A stretch of 62,450 bases of DNA from a virus (taxonomy: Duplodnaviria; Caudoviricetes), in the IMG/VR virus record IMGVR_UViG_3300042892_000658, positions 1 through 62,450 of that record; one strand, 5' to 3'. The position numbers and the translations under genes were made by a program. This document shows, in pieces, positions 17,221-26,433 of this stretch. The notes beneath the pieces were generated by a model. The model saw only the letters and a program-made list of their open reading frames with translations, was not told where the DNA came from and searched no databases. Position 1 is the stretch's first letter, and every line of letters begins with the position of its first letter.

Positions 17221-18212
17221 TAGAACTGTAAATTAGTCGTGTAGTTATCAAACACTTGCCATAAGGCCTGTTGGATTTCTTCATCCCAATTAGTGTGCTG
17301 ACTTAGTGCATCAAGGATAGCACGATACTCTGGTGTGTTAAAACAGTAGTGGCCAGCAACAATAACTTTTTGTGTGTCTTGGTCGCTGTCAGTCCATTTC
17401 TTCCAACGGTTACTTGCTAAGACTACCTTACTAAAGTCATTCCACAATGTTTCGCCAGCTCTGGCTAGGCAAAGTTCTTTTAATAGTTTAGTTTGTACTA
17501 CCCCAAGTTGCGGAGCAATATTCATAGCGTGTACCCCGGCGGCCCTGCGTAGTTGTACTTCCAATGGTGTTAGGTAATCAGCATTGTGTTCTTTTAGTTT
17601 AACACCGTTTTCATTTGCTACACGTACCAGGTCACGAACTGTGTCAATCTCAAACGTACCTGCTTGATGATCTTCATGACATAGGCTACCTGTTTGTGCT
17701 ACAACAAACTCTAGATTAGGCATGTTCTTAGCAAACGCAACATCTTCACGGTATTTGATAGCACCTGCCGCAACTCCTACATTTTCTTCTGTGCCAAACT
17801 CAAAGCGTACATTGGGATTTAAGTTGGTGGCAAACTTAAATAGTTCTTCTGCAATGCCATAGGTATCATCAACACGGCTAGTGTCAATGTGTATTAGATC
17901 AAAGCCTTGTTCGATGTCATAGGCTATAGTTTTCTTAGTTGCTTCTACTGCTTTCTTTAGGTTAAGACCTTTTTCACTGTCTAAGAAATATGGACCGCAA
18001 TGGTCACGACACATCCAAACATAGTCTGTTGGCTGTGTGTCCAACAGTTTACGTAGTTCTGGTGTAGTCATAACATAGCCACTGTCAGCATCAACTTGAT
18101 TGCGGCTAGCAATAATCATCAATGGACGTTTGGTGTCATATGTGTAAGTACAAATTGCCTTAATTGCTTCTGGACTCATTGGTCCAAATCCTAGTCTAAA
18201 ATCCATGTTCAA
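17220..18212 (-). CDS. GatZ/KbaZ-family TIM barrel (ketose-phosphate 4-epimerase-like)
   Basis: IIASRNQVD..GY, RDHCGP, GFDLIHIDTS, FEFGTEE, KEHNADY and NIAPQL match GatZ/KbaZ motifs (ATSNQV, GDHLGP, IHLD, GTE, AHSTDY). Confidence 0.75.
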   Translation of the reverse strand: MNMDFRLGFGPMSPEAIKAICTYTYDTKRPLMIIASRNQVDADSGYVMTTPELRKLLDTQPTDYVWMCRDHCGPYFLDSEKGLNLKKAVEATKKTIAYDIEQGFDLIHIDTSRVDDTYGIAEELFKFATNLNPNVRFEFGTEENVGVAAGAIKYREDVAFAKNMPNLEFVVAQTGSLCHEDHQAGTFEIDTVRDLVRVANENGVKLKEHNADYLTPLEVQLRRAAGVHAMNIAPQLGVVQTKLLKELCLARAGETLWNDFSKVVLASNRWKKWTDSDQDTQKVIVAGHYCFNTPEYRAILDALSQHTNWDEEIQQALWQVFDNYTTNLQF

Positions 18213-18666
18213 TTCCCATTAAATCCATAATAATAATGCAAGCATCCATGACAGCACCTCGGCCGCCTTCGCGTTCTGTTACATGCGTTGCCTTTTCACA
18301 GGCAGTTCTCCATGCTTGCGCTGGAGCAAAACTTAATCCTACGTAGGGCATAATCTTAGCATCATACGGACCGTCACCCATAAAGATTGTTTCCTTAGGA
18401 TCGCCCTTGCTTAATACAAAGTTTAAGCGATCTTTTTCTTTAACCATAGTCAAAGGAAAATTCATGTGTTCTGTGATACGATTATATGTAATACCGTAGC
18501 CATTTTCGTCAGCTGATACAAACTCAATATCTAAATGACTACGTAATAATTTAAGGCCATCATGATCGTAGTTACCGAATGCCTTAAATGGTTTGCCGTC
18601 TACACCCCAGTAGAGCATACCGTCATTAAGTACACCATCTACATCTAATATAAATCTTTTATACAT
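18196..18666 (-). CDS. KdsC/YrbI-like HAD phosphatase
   Basis: LDVDGVLNDG, K.F...DG, FMGDGPYD, GGRGAV. Confidence 0.85.
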   Translation of the reverse strand: MYKRFILDVDGVLNDGMLYWGVDGKPFKAFGNYDHDGLKLLRSHLDIEFVSADENGYGITYNRITEHMNFPLTMVKEKDRLNFVLSKGDPKETIFMGDGPYDAKIMPYVGLSFAPAQAWRTACEKATHVTEREGGRGAVMDACIIIMDLMGIEHGF

Positions 18667-20270
18667 TAATATAATACCTTACTGAAATGTAGTTGTGCTA
18701 GTGCTACTAAGAACTTGTCAAACGGTGCTTCGTGTAAGGGACTCATGTTCAAGTAAATGATTGGCACGAGTGTCTTAACTTTCTTCCAATCGAGCCCTTT
18801 TGATTCAACATAGCCTTTGAGTACAGCTTCGTATGATGCTGCATCGTTGACGCTAGGTACTTTTATTCTGGCATATCCATCAAGTTCATCATATGAGTAT
18901 AGCTCTGATTTAATATCTTTATAACTTAAGTGTAGGCCGCCTAGCATTTTTGCTAGATCGTAGTATTGATCACCGTAGAGTGCACCGCCAAAGTCAGTAC
19001 GCCAATCAATGGCAGTAAACTTATCTGCATATTTGTCTTTGTCTTGCTGGTATAAGTCTAATGAACCTAGATATTGTCCATGTTGATAAATTGTATTATC
19101 AAAGTGCAAGTCACCGTGAATAAACTTCCAATTAGTTTCAGTAGTTAACCAAGTAAAGTCAATCTTACTAAGATATGCGTCAATGGTATCTACTTCTTGG
19201 CCATTAACCACGCAAGGCTCTGACCAGTTGGTATATTTGGCACGGAACATTTCAACACGTTCTATAGTCTTTTCATAATAAAACTTATTACAGATAGTAA
19301 GATGATTAATATCGGCATCGTTCTCAGACGGGGCATCTTTCCATAACACAGTATCACACCAAGCTAACATATTCTTAAATACATCTAGACTAGCTTGATT
19401 GTAGACAATGTCACCTTTGGCAAAGTCGTGTACTAGGAAGTTGCCAGAAACTTCTACATTATCAGGCATGGCTTCTGGATTACACTGTGCTCTACGAACA
19501 CGCATTTCTGCTTGTTTAGGATTAGTCCAAAACTTAACAATTTTTTTGTTATCGTTGTAGAATAGTTCATCTGGCTTAGGGAAACTTACGTCAGTAAACT
19601 CACTTGATAGCTCTTCCCATTTTTCATATGTACCAAAGTCTTTCCAACCACGTACTGTATGTGCTTTTAAATCTAATCCAGCAAAGCCTTCTGGAGTTTC
19701 TTTGGCCTTACGATTGATTAGGTTGTTTAGATAGTTGTCATCTTTGGCGTACATTAGGCCAATGAACGCATCAACTGCGGTCTTACTTGGCTCTTTGTTC
19801 TTTACGCTGATGATTGCATCACCTTCACGTTCAATCCAGCAGTAGTCTTGTGCAATATTACTGTCAACAGGGTGTACGCCAATCCAATCGTGATCTAATT
19901 TATCACGATACTCAAAGTCAAACAAGGTATCGCAGGCCAACCACATGAATCCACCATGTAGGTATTTGGCACAGGCCTGTATACTAGTAGCAGGTCCTGT
20001 GTCACCTTCTGCGTAGTTAGGAATGTCAACAAACACTACATCTTTATCTGTATGTACAGCATTTACATAATCTTTAATGTGTTGCCCCATGTGTCCACAG
20101 GCAACAACAAATCGTGTGCCTACATCAAACTTGCTCATAATATGACTGATTAAAGGTTTGTTGTCATAGGGTATAAGTGCCTTAGGTATCATACGGCTAA
20201 ATGGTCCCATACGGCGACCATATCCTGCGGCTAAAATTAGTACGGTTAGTTTATTGTTGGTGTTCGGCAT
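18666..20270 (-). CDS. Sugar-phosphate nucleotidyltransferase fused to an APH/choline-kinase-like phosphotransferase
   Basis: N-terminal ILAAGYGRRM..PKAL; C-terminal HGDLHFDN, IDWR, YYDLAK; likely start MPNTNNK at 20270. Confidence 0.8.
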   Translation of the reverse strand: MPNTNNKLTVLILAAGYGRRMGPFSRMIPKALIPYDNKPLISHIMSKFDVGTRFVVACGHMGQHIKDYVNAVHTDKDVVFVDIPNYAEGDTGPATSIQACAKYLHGGFMWLACDTLFDFEYRDKLDHDWIGVHPVDSNIAQDYCWIEREGDAIISVKNKEPSKTAVDAFIGLMYAKDDNYLNNLINRKAKETPEGFAGLDLKAHTVRGWKDFGTYEKWEELSSEFTDVSFPKPDELFYNDNKKIVKFWTNPKQAEMRVRRAQCNPEAMPDNVEVSGNFLVHDFAKGDIVYNQASLDVFKNMLAWCDTVLWKDAPSENDADINHLTICNKFYYEKTIERVEMFRAKYTNWSEPCVVNGQEVDTIDAYLSKIDFTWLTTETNWKFIHGDLHFDNTIYQHGQYLGSLDLYQQDKDKYADKFTAIDWRTDFGGALYGDQYYDLAKMLGGLHLSYKDIKSELYSYDELDGYARIKVPSVNDAASYEAVLKGYVESKGLDWKKVKTLVPIIYLNMSPLHEAPFDKFLVALAQLHFSKVLY

Positions 20271-20724
20271 CGATTCTTCCATGTCCTCTGTTGGCAGAGT
20301 CTTCAAGACGTATAACGTCATCTAATTGAGTAGTGCTGGCTTCTGTATAGTGCAGATCATCGTAGGCAATCATACGATGTATAGTACAAGGCGGAGTATG
20401 AAATACTGCACCTGGCTCTAATGGTTGTATAATCAATCCATCTTTAATATGGGCAATATCTTCCGGTGTATATCCGCCAGCTAGGTAACGCTCACAATCA
20501 AAGTAATGGGGGAAATAGGCTAGGGCACCCTTGCCTTGATGTAAATGGATTGATTCTGATTTGTATTGGTGTACTTGTAGGCTAGTAACAAAACCTGCTC
20601 GGAGGATTAGTTCTTTTAGTGCAAATGGGTAAACATCACTACCCCCTTGTAGCCAGGTTTCTTGACCCCAAGGTTTATGAACTACATGGCATTTTTCAAT
20701 GCGTTGAAAATCGACTGTCATCAT
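20251..20724 (-). CDS. Cupin, mannose-6-phosphate isomerase type II-like
   Basis: KPWGQE, SLQVHQYKSE, PP..IHR, E.ST..LDDVIRLED. Confidence 0.8.
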   Translation of the reverse strand: MMTVDFQRIEKCHVVHKPWGQETWLQGGSDVYPFALKELILRAGFVTSLQVHQYKSESIHLHQGKGALAYFPHYFDCERYLAGGYTPEDIAHIKDGLIIQPLEPGAVFHTPPCTIHRMIAYDDLHYTEASTTQLDDVIRLEDSANRGHGRIDAEHQQ

Positions 20725-20744
20725 TGACCCCTAATTGATAATAC

Positions 20745-20773
20745 ATTTTACAATATTTATCGGGGTGTGTCAA
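20745..20773 (-). promoter_or_regulatory. Nested sigma70 + late promoter
   Basis: TTGACA-17-TAAAAT with GATAAATA (20754-20761) inside the spacer. Confidence 0.7.
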
Positions 20774-20786
20774 CAGCTATTTAATT

Positions 20787-20933
20787 TTAATCACAGTCTG
20801 AAAATGCTTGTACCAAACGTGCTATACATTCTTTATCGCCGGGTTGGCAAATATTTGGAATATGTGTAGTAGTTGGTAGGTGTTGTTCTGCTAGAGTTTC
20901 TTTTGATGTATCTAATACTTTAGTGTCTGACAT
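20787..20933 (-). CDS. Small Cys-containing peptide (48 aa)
   Basis: MSDTKVLDTSKETLAEQHLPTTTHIPNICQPGDKECIARLVQAFSDCD; AAAGGGA SD; AATAAATA at 20980-20987. Confidence 0.6.
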   Translation of the reverse strand: MSDTKVLDTSKETLAEQHLPTTTHIPNICQPGDKECIARLVQAFSDCD

Positions 20934-21004
20934 TGTATGTCCCTTTAAAAAGTAACAGCACTTTTGGCGCCGTTACTTCTATTTATTAAAACACTTAGTA
21001 TAGA

Positions 21005-21583
21005 CTATTTTTGAGCAGTTGTCAAGTTCTTTCTACGTGGAGCTGGGTCATCGCTGTAAAAGATGTGTCCGCCAATACGTGTAATACGTTCTAATCCCCA
21101 ATTTGGGCGAACGTGTGTATTATGAAAGTATAGTGCTTCTGCCATGGCTTCATTTTCTAAACGTAGTCCAGAATACATAACTTCTCGAGCTACATCTAAA
21201 CTAGCCTGCCATCGATCGCTGACAAACTTAACTGGTGCTGGTGGATTGCATACCCACGAAAATTGACACACAGTTTTAACCGCAGGTTTGTTTTCACGTA
21301 CTACTGTTACCTGTGTCTTTTGATTAACTACACCGCAGACTGTTTTAGGAAACTTGCCATCTTCGGCACGATTAAGCGTAACCTGTGCTACTGCTACCAT
21401 ACCATCACGACTTTCTAATCCTGCTTCATAGTATACGTTTTTTGCAAGGCACATTAGTTGAGTATCAACTTTTGGCTTTGCGGGTACTTCTTTTGCTTGA
21501 ACATTAAATGTTGATAGTGCTATAACCATTATGGACATATTTGTCCAGGTCAGTATTTTTTTGAGTGGCGTGAACGCTCTCAT
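21005..21583 (-). CDS. SleB/CwlJ-like cell wall hydrolase (Hydrolase_2)
   Basis: CLAKNVYYEA (catalytic Glu), VAQVTLNR, CQFSW, ALYFH, IGGHIFY; N-terminal signal-like segment. Confidence 0.9.
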   Translation of the reverse strand: MRAFTPLKKILTWTNMSIMVIALSTFNVQAKEVPAKPKVDTQLMCLAKNVYYEAGLESRDGMVAVAQVTLNRAEDGKFPKTVCGVVNQKTQVTVVRENKPAVKTVCQFSWVCNPPAPVKFVSDRWQASLDVAREVMYSGLRLENEAMAEALYFHNTHVRPNWGLERITRIGGHIFYSDDPAPRRKNLTTAQK

Positions 21584-21624
21584 ATCTTTCCCCCCTGTTA
21601 GTATTTTTGTCTTACTTGGATTAC

Positions 21625-21852
21625 CTATTTTGACCTTACGCCAGTCGCTTCATCGCGATCAACGTAAAATTTACACGACTTTGGTAAAGCTCTTACCATT
21701 GCCAAATCATAATCTTCAAACGGTGCTTGATTAACTGCATAACTTGAAGTGTGTCTATGACATGATTCTCTTGTACTACAATTTCTACCAGCACAGTAAT
21801 AACTACTACCGCTGCTGGGTCCTACTATTTCAGTTTCTTTAGACTTAACCAT
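21625..21852 (-). CDS. Small Cys-rich hypothetical protein
   Basis: C-x4-C-x5-CHRH...C; GGAGG SD. Confidence 0.65.
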   Translation of the reverse strand: MVKSKETEIVGPSSGSSYYCAGRNCSTRESCHRHTSSYAVNQAPFEDYDLAMVRALPKSCKFYVDRDEATGVRSK

Positions 21853-21936
21853 CTATTGAACCCTCCGAACGTAGTATTAGTTAGTCTAATTAAATTGACT
21901 TTCTATACGCACTTTTGCCGGAGAAAAAAGAGATAA

Positions 21937-22773
21937 CTATTCCAATCCAAGTATATTGGGATTTCTCTTTAAGAACTGCTGTCTACTGTAATTCCAGATG
22001 TTAAATAATTCGTCACTTTCATAGCGATTTACCAGCTTTTTTAGGTCACTTAACACCAATAAATCGTTAATAAATGGCTGATATTTAGGCAAAATTACCT
22101 CCATTTGATTATACGTGTATCCTAGACTATCAAACCCTTCTAACTCTAAAAATGTAGGTATTAAACGTTCAATTAAGAATGTAAAATTAGGCAATGATTT
22201 ATCGTGTGCATAATTACTGCGGCCTGCACCAAACACTTCATCCTTAAATATACTATCTTTTTCCGCTTCTGTAAACAGCTTACGGCTAAACTCCATAAAC
22301 TTAGCCCAAAACTTCCGATTGCCCACGACGTAGTTAGCAAACACAGTTTTATCACGATCTAATAGCATACCTCTAACATCAACATCTTCATAGCCAAGTT
22401 TGGTTAAAAACTTATTACCAATGGCACTGATATTAGGATGGTGCATGTCACCTTGTTCCCAGCTGTTAGCGAATACTGCTTCGTTGACTATACAAGGATT
22501 GAATAGATACACATCATAGCCCGGATTATCGTTAATGAAATCCATAACCTGTTGGCCCGTTAAGTTTGTTTTCTCTTTGAACTTCCAGCTTACGTAACCC
22601 CAGTAGTCCAATCCCTGTGCTGCAATGTTCGCATGCTCGCGGTCCCATACGTCCCACTCACGTAGTTCTGGTCGTGGGTTGCTGGTATTGTCTAACGGAG
22701 TAAACGCAGAGTCGCAGTGCGCAACTAGTTCTGGCTTAAAGTATATTTGAAAAATTTTCGTGTTTGTTGACAT
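21937..22773 (-). CDS. Putative glycosyltransferase-like protein
   Basis: IFQIYF, WGYVSWKF, NYVVG, FLIERL pattern; sugar-operon context. Confidence 0.5.
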   Translation of the reverse strand: MSTNTKIFQIYFKPELVAHCDSAFTPLDNTSNPRPELREWDVWDREHANIAAQGLDYWGYVSWKFKEKTNLTGQQVMDFINDNPGYDVYLFNPCIVNEAVFANSWEQGDMHHPNISAIGNKFLTKLGYEDVDVRGMLLDRDKTVFANYVVGNRKFWAKFMEFSRKLFTEAEKDSIFKDEVFGAGRSNYAHDKSLPNFTFLIERLIPTFLELEGFDSLGYTYNQMEVILPKYQPFINDLLVLSDLKKLVNRYESDELFNIWNYSRQQFLKRNPNILGLE

Positions 22774-23515
22774 AATATTCAGTATCTTCCTTCATGTTTC
22801 TTGAACGTGGAATAAATTCATGTTCCAATCTATATTCAAGTGTTTCTTTATTTGTTATATGGTGGAAACCCCAATTGCGTTGACGATCAACCCAAGGGAT
22901 TTGTGTTTGTATCTGTAGCTTACGTGCTAGGGCGCCTTCATTAAATGGGCACCAACCGTAGTAGAATATAACCAACTCTTTAGTTGTGTATTCTTCATAG
23001 TGTCGACCTGGTACAGGATATTGCACCTGCATGTTATGTAGACTGCGAGCACGACGTTCACGAAAGTTACTAGTAGGTCTGCGTGTCATGTATTCACTCC
23101 AAAAATCAAAGCCATCTGTTTTTTGTTTGTATAACGGAATACTAGTGTCAATTTGGCGCTCACGGTCACAGTCAACGTAGAACATACTAGGTAACAATAA
23201 CTGTTGATTTGGCTGATCATTCATTAGACTATAATCGCCAATCATTAATTCAGTTACGTTGAGGCAAATCTTCCAACCTTCGATCGACTTCTCAATATCC
23301 ATAACTTCATAGTCAATTGTATCTGCTTGGAAGTTTGGGTTACGACTTGTTACTATATCCCAAGTTGGGCATAGCTCTCGAATAATTTCTACACTGCGGT
23401 CAGTGCTATGATAATCAATCATTACACCATGATCAAAAATCTGCTTGTGGTGATTAAGAAACCACGGTAGCATATATTCTTCATTGTAAAAATGACAAAG
23501 TATTGTTTTCTTCAT
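22736..23515 (-). CDS. Glycosyltransferase family 2-like (paralog 2)
   Basis: HFYNEEYMLPWFLNHH..IFDHGVMIDYHSTDRS; likely start MKKTIL by TAATG coupling. Confidence 0.8.
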   Translation of the reverse strand: MKKTILCHFYNEEYMLPWFLNHHKQIFDHGVMIDYHSTDRSVEIIRELCPTWDIVTSRNPNFQADTIDYEVMDIEKSIEGWKICLNVTELMIGDYSLMNDQPNQQLLLPSMFYVDCDRERQIDTSIPLYKQKTDGFDFWSEYMTRRPTSNFRERRARSLHNMQVQYPVPGRHYEEYTTKELVIFYYGWCPFNEGALARKLQIQTQIPWVDRQRNWGFHHITNKETLEYRLEHEFIPRSRNMKEDTEYYVNKHENFSNIL

Positions 23516-24303
23516 TACCAGTGTTGTCCTGTGCATCTAATATTGTGATCTAAAATAGGAATAATTTCACTACGTAGATCTCGAGCAAATCGTTGTTGGC
23601 TTTCAAATCTAGTCAAGTAATCCTCGTAGGTACCTACATGATTACCTGCATTTAATTGTTTGTCGTTTTCTGACATCTTAGTCTGTATCTGCATCTTTCT
23701 ATCTATGCCCCGCTTACTAGCATCAGCCCACCCATAATAAAATATTACTAGGTCGCCAAATGACTTTGGGCGTCCAGCGCCAAAGTGCCTACCTGGGGTA
23801 TAGTCTACAGGATAGTTATGAATACTTCTATTCATTCTAGCCATGTTGCCTGCTCTAGAAATACCTTTGTTTTGAAATTCATCATAACCCCAAACACGTT
23901 GATCATGCAAGGGCCGATCGTGTATTATATGTGGAAATTCTTTTTCTGGGTCCTGCATATCTACAAATACATAGTTGCCTATAAAGTATTGTGCAAAGCC
24001 CGAATCAGTTGGCAGATGGTCTGTATTACCATACAGAAATTCAGTGACATTAAGAGCCATGCGCCAGCCGTCGACAGACTTTTCCCACTTCATTACTTCT
24101 TCATCACAGGTGGCGCTGTCGAATTGCCAGTTCTGACTCATATGTATGTCCCATGTAGGACATATTTCTTTAATTATATCACGACTACGATCATCGCTGT
24201 TATAGTCAATCATTATGCCGTGATCAAATATATGCTTGTGGTGTTTTAGCCACCACGGTAACATGTACTCCTCATTATAGAAGTGGCATATTACTGTTTT
24301 CAT
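23515..24303 (-). CDS. Glycosyltransferase family 2-like (paralog 1)
   Basis: HFYNEEYMLPWWLKHH..IFDHGIMIDYNSDDRS. Confidence 0.8.
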   Translation of the reverse strand: MKTVICHFYNEEYMLPWWLKHHKHIFDHGIMIDYNSDDRSRDIIKEICPTWDIHMSQNWQFDSATCDEEVMKWEKSVDGWRMALNVTEFLYGNTDHLPTDSGFAQYFIGNYVFVDMQDPEKEFPHIIHDRPLHDQRVWGYDEFQNKGISRAGNMARMNRSIHNYPVDYTPGRHFGAGRPKSFGDLVIFYYGWADASKRGIDRKMQIQTKMSENDKQLNAGNHVGTYEDYLTRFESQQRFARDLRSEIIPILDHNIRCTGQHW

Positions 24304-25517
24304 TATTCTACTTTGATTGTTGGGAAGTAACGAACAAACACATCTTCAGGATTATCACGTTTAGTTTTAATCTTGCGTTTAATTTCGTCAAAGAAGTTCC
24401 AGGCTAACGGAACAAATGCAACATTAAGGTCACTACATTCATCTAACATATCAATGGCTACTACAGGAATATGCATGCCCGGACTAAAGAGTCCTTGTTT
24501 CATCGGATTATCATCAATGATAAAGTCCAAAGTAATATTACCAAAGTTGAGTAATGTCATACCTTTAGCGGCTGCACCGTAGCCAGCAATAACAAATCCT
24601 TCAGCACGGTAAGCAACAATAGTATCTTTAAGATCCTGCACCACTTGCTGTGCCTTAAGAGCATACTCCACATAAGTCTGTGGATCTTGTAAGCCTGCTT
24701 GACGTTCTTCTGCTAGCACAGCTTCTACCTTACCATCTGTGGCAGGATGTTTGCTGAATACAAACACATAACTGTTACCATGGATAGGTGTTTTAGTAAT
24801 GTCAATTAAGTTTAGACCAGCACGTTTTGCCAGTTCGTTCATGCTGTTAGCACAGAAGAAACTTAGGTGCTCGTGATAGATAGTATCAAACTCATTGTTC
24901 TTAACCATGTCAGCTTGACTAGTTTGAATAAACAATACACTACTGTCGTGCATGATTTCTTTACACTGCTTTAAGAAGTCCAAAGGATAGCTATTGTGTG
25001 CGAATACATTCTGCGCATTGATGATATCAATATTCTTGGCTTTTAATCCGTTGACGTGTTCTGCTGTGAAATAATCTAAAATTACTTCGTGGTTAGCACT
25101 GCTAATCGGGTGTAGATTAGTAGCCGGATCAACACCATATGTTGTCAACCCAAACTTCTTAAATGAATCTAACTGTGTGCCGTCATTGCAGGCAATGTCT
25201 AAGACTGATTTAGGTTGCTCTGCAAAGAATCCAAATGAATAGTTAGCAAACCAATCGAAGTAATCTTTAAGTGTTTGACTAGTGCCACTCACATACAAGT
25301 AGTTACGGAATAACAAATCTGGATCCACAGCATGACTTAATTGTAGGTGACTACACTCTGTACAACGATTAAGCACTAATGGGAAAGTTAGCTCACTTTC
25401 ATCGGGCGATTCAATAAAACTATTAGCCATTGGCTGTGTGCCCAAATCTAATGTTAATGCTAAATGCTGGCTACCACAGCATAGGCATTCGTTTAATTCT
25501 TTTGCGTTATCGATCAT
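24303..25517 (-). CDS. NDP-hexose C-methyltransferase
   Basis: N-terminal Zn CxxC..DLG.QP.AN..CxxC..LQL, LDIACNDG, FDTIYHEH, HGNS, GYGAAAKG, PG.HIPV, PLAWNF. Confidence 0.9.
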   Translation of the reverse strand: MIDNAKELNECLCCGSQHLALTLDLGTQPMANSFIESPDESELTFPLVLNRCTECSHLQLSHAVDPDLLFRNYLYVSGTSQTLKDYFDWFANYSFGFFAEQPKSVLDIACNDGTQLDSFKKFGLTTYGVDPATNLHPISSANHEVILDYFTAEHVNGLKAKNIDIINAQNVFAHNSYPLDFLKQCKEIMHDSSVLFIQTSQADMVKNNEFDTIYHEHLSFFCANSMNELAKRAGLNLIDITKTPIHGNSYVFVFSKHPATDGKVEAVLAEERQAGLQDPQTYVEYALKAQQVVQDLKDTIVAYRAEGFVIAGYGAAAKGMTLLNFGNITLDFIIDDNPMKQGLFSPGMHIPVVAIDMLDECSDLNVAFVPLAWNFFDEIKRKIKTKRDNPEDVFVRYFPTIKVE

Positions 25518-26433
25518 ATTCTTTTTCCCATTGATATGTCATGTAATTATCGCGGCGTTCAATGTGTGACTCCGCATATCTTTCTTTTAAACTAGTAACT
25601 ATTGTACTAGGTGTTTCTGTGAATGTAAAGCCAAATGTTTGTTCAAATAATGTAGTGTCTAGCCCAAAGTCGTATGCGTTAGCAGTTTTACCTCGATCAA
25701 CTACCTGCACCGCCAGTTCTTTGGCCACAGTAGTAGCAATATAGTCAACTGTAGCATTGAAACTGGCCATGTTGTAAATGCCACTTACTGGCTGTTCAAT
25801 ACACTGCGCAATACCACGACACAGATCTTCAATGCCTAATAAGGCACGATTGATGTGCTTGTTGGTCACTGAGATCTTACCCTGTGTTCTAGCCGCATCA
25901 TACATAGCATTGATCATAACATCAGCACGTAGATTAGGTGCCCAACCATTCACTGTACCAAAGCGTAGCCCAATAACTGGGTATCCTTTAGCAATAGCTA
26001 CGTTAGCTTCTAAGTCTAAGGTGTATTTGGTAATGTCATAGTTGTTCACAGGAATAAACTGTTTATTGTCTTCTGTAAACAATTGCCCGGGTTCGCTGTT
26101 ACCATATACACTTGCCGAACTAGCATAAATTAGTGGAATACCTTTCCACGATAGTTTAGCTACTAGATCAGTAAAGTTAGTAACGTTGTTTAACCAAGGG
26201 CTTTGGATAGCACCCACGCAACTTGCCACACTACTATGACCCGCTAATAAGACCACAGCATCATATTGACTAAGGTCTTCTGCTGTAAGTTTATGATAAT
26301 CTACTCTGCGTGATTGTTCATCGTAGTTATACCAGCAGCAATCTACACTGGCCACATTGTGGATCTGTGCTAATACCTGTCTAAGTCTAGAACCAACGTA
26401 ACCGTTGCCGCCAATAACTAAGACATTTTTCAT
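25507..26433 (-). CDS. NAD-dependent sugar epimerase/reductase (extended SDR)
   Basis: GGNGYVG, YASSASVYG, YDITK, LRFGTVNG. Confidence 0.88.
   Translation of the reverse strand: MKNVLVIGGNGYVGSRLRQVLAQIHNVASVDCCWYNYDEQSRRVDYHKLTAEDLSQYDAVVLLAGHSSVASCVGAIQSPWLNNVTNFTDLVAKLSWKGIPLIYASSASVYGNSEPGQLFTEDNKQFIPVNNYDITKYTLDLEANVAIAKGYPVIGLRFGTVNGWAPNLRADVMINAMYDAARTQGKISVTNKHINRALLGIEDLCRGIAQCIEQPVSGIYNMASFNATVDYIATTVAKELAVQVVDRGKTANAYDFGLDTTLFEQTFGFTFTETPSTIVTSLKERYAESHIERRDNYMTYQWEKEYDR

Noticed and set aside
18196-18666. Kdo (LPS core) biosynthesis
   Set aside because: The KdsC-like phosphatase has no kdsA, kdsB or kdsD nearby; its context points to a different sugar phosphate.
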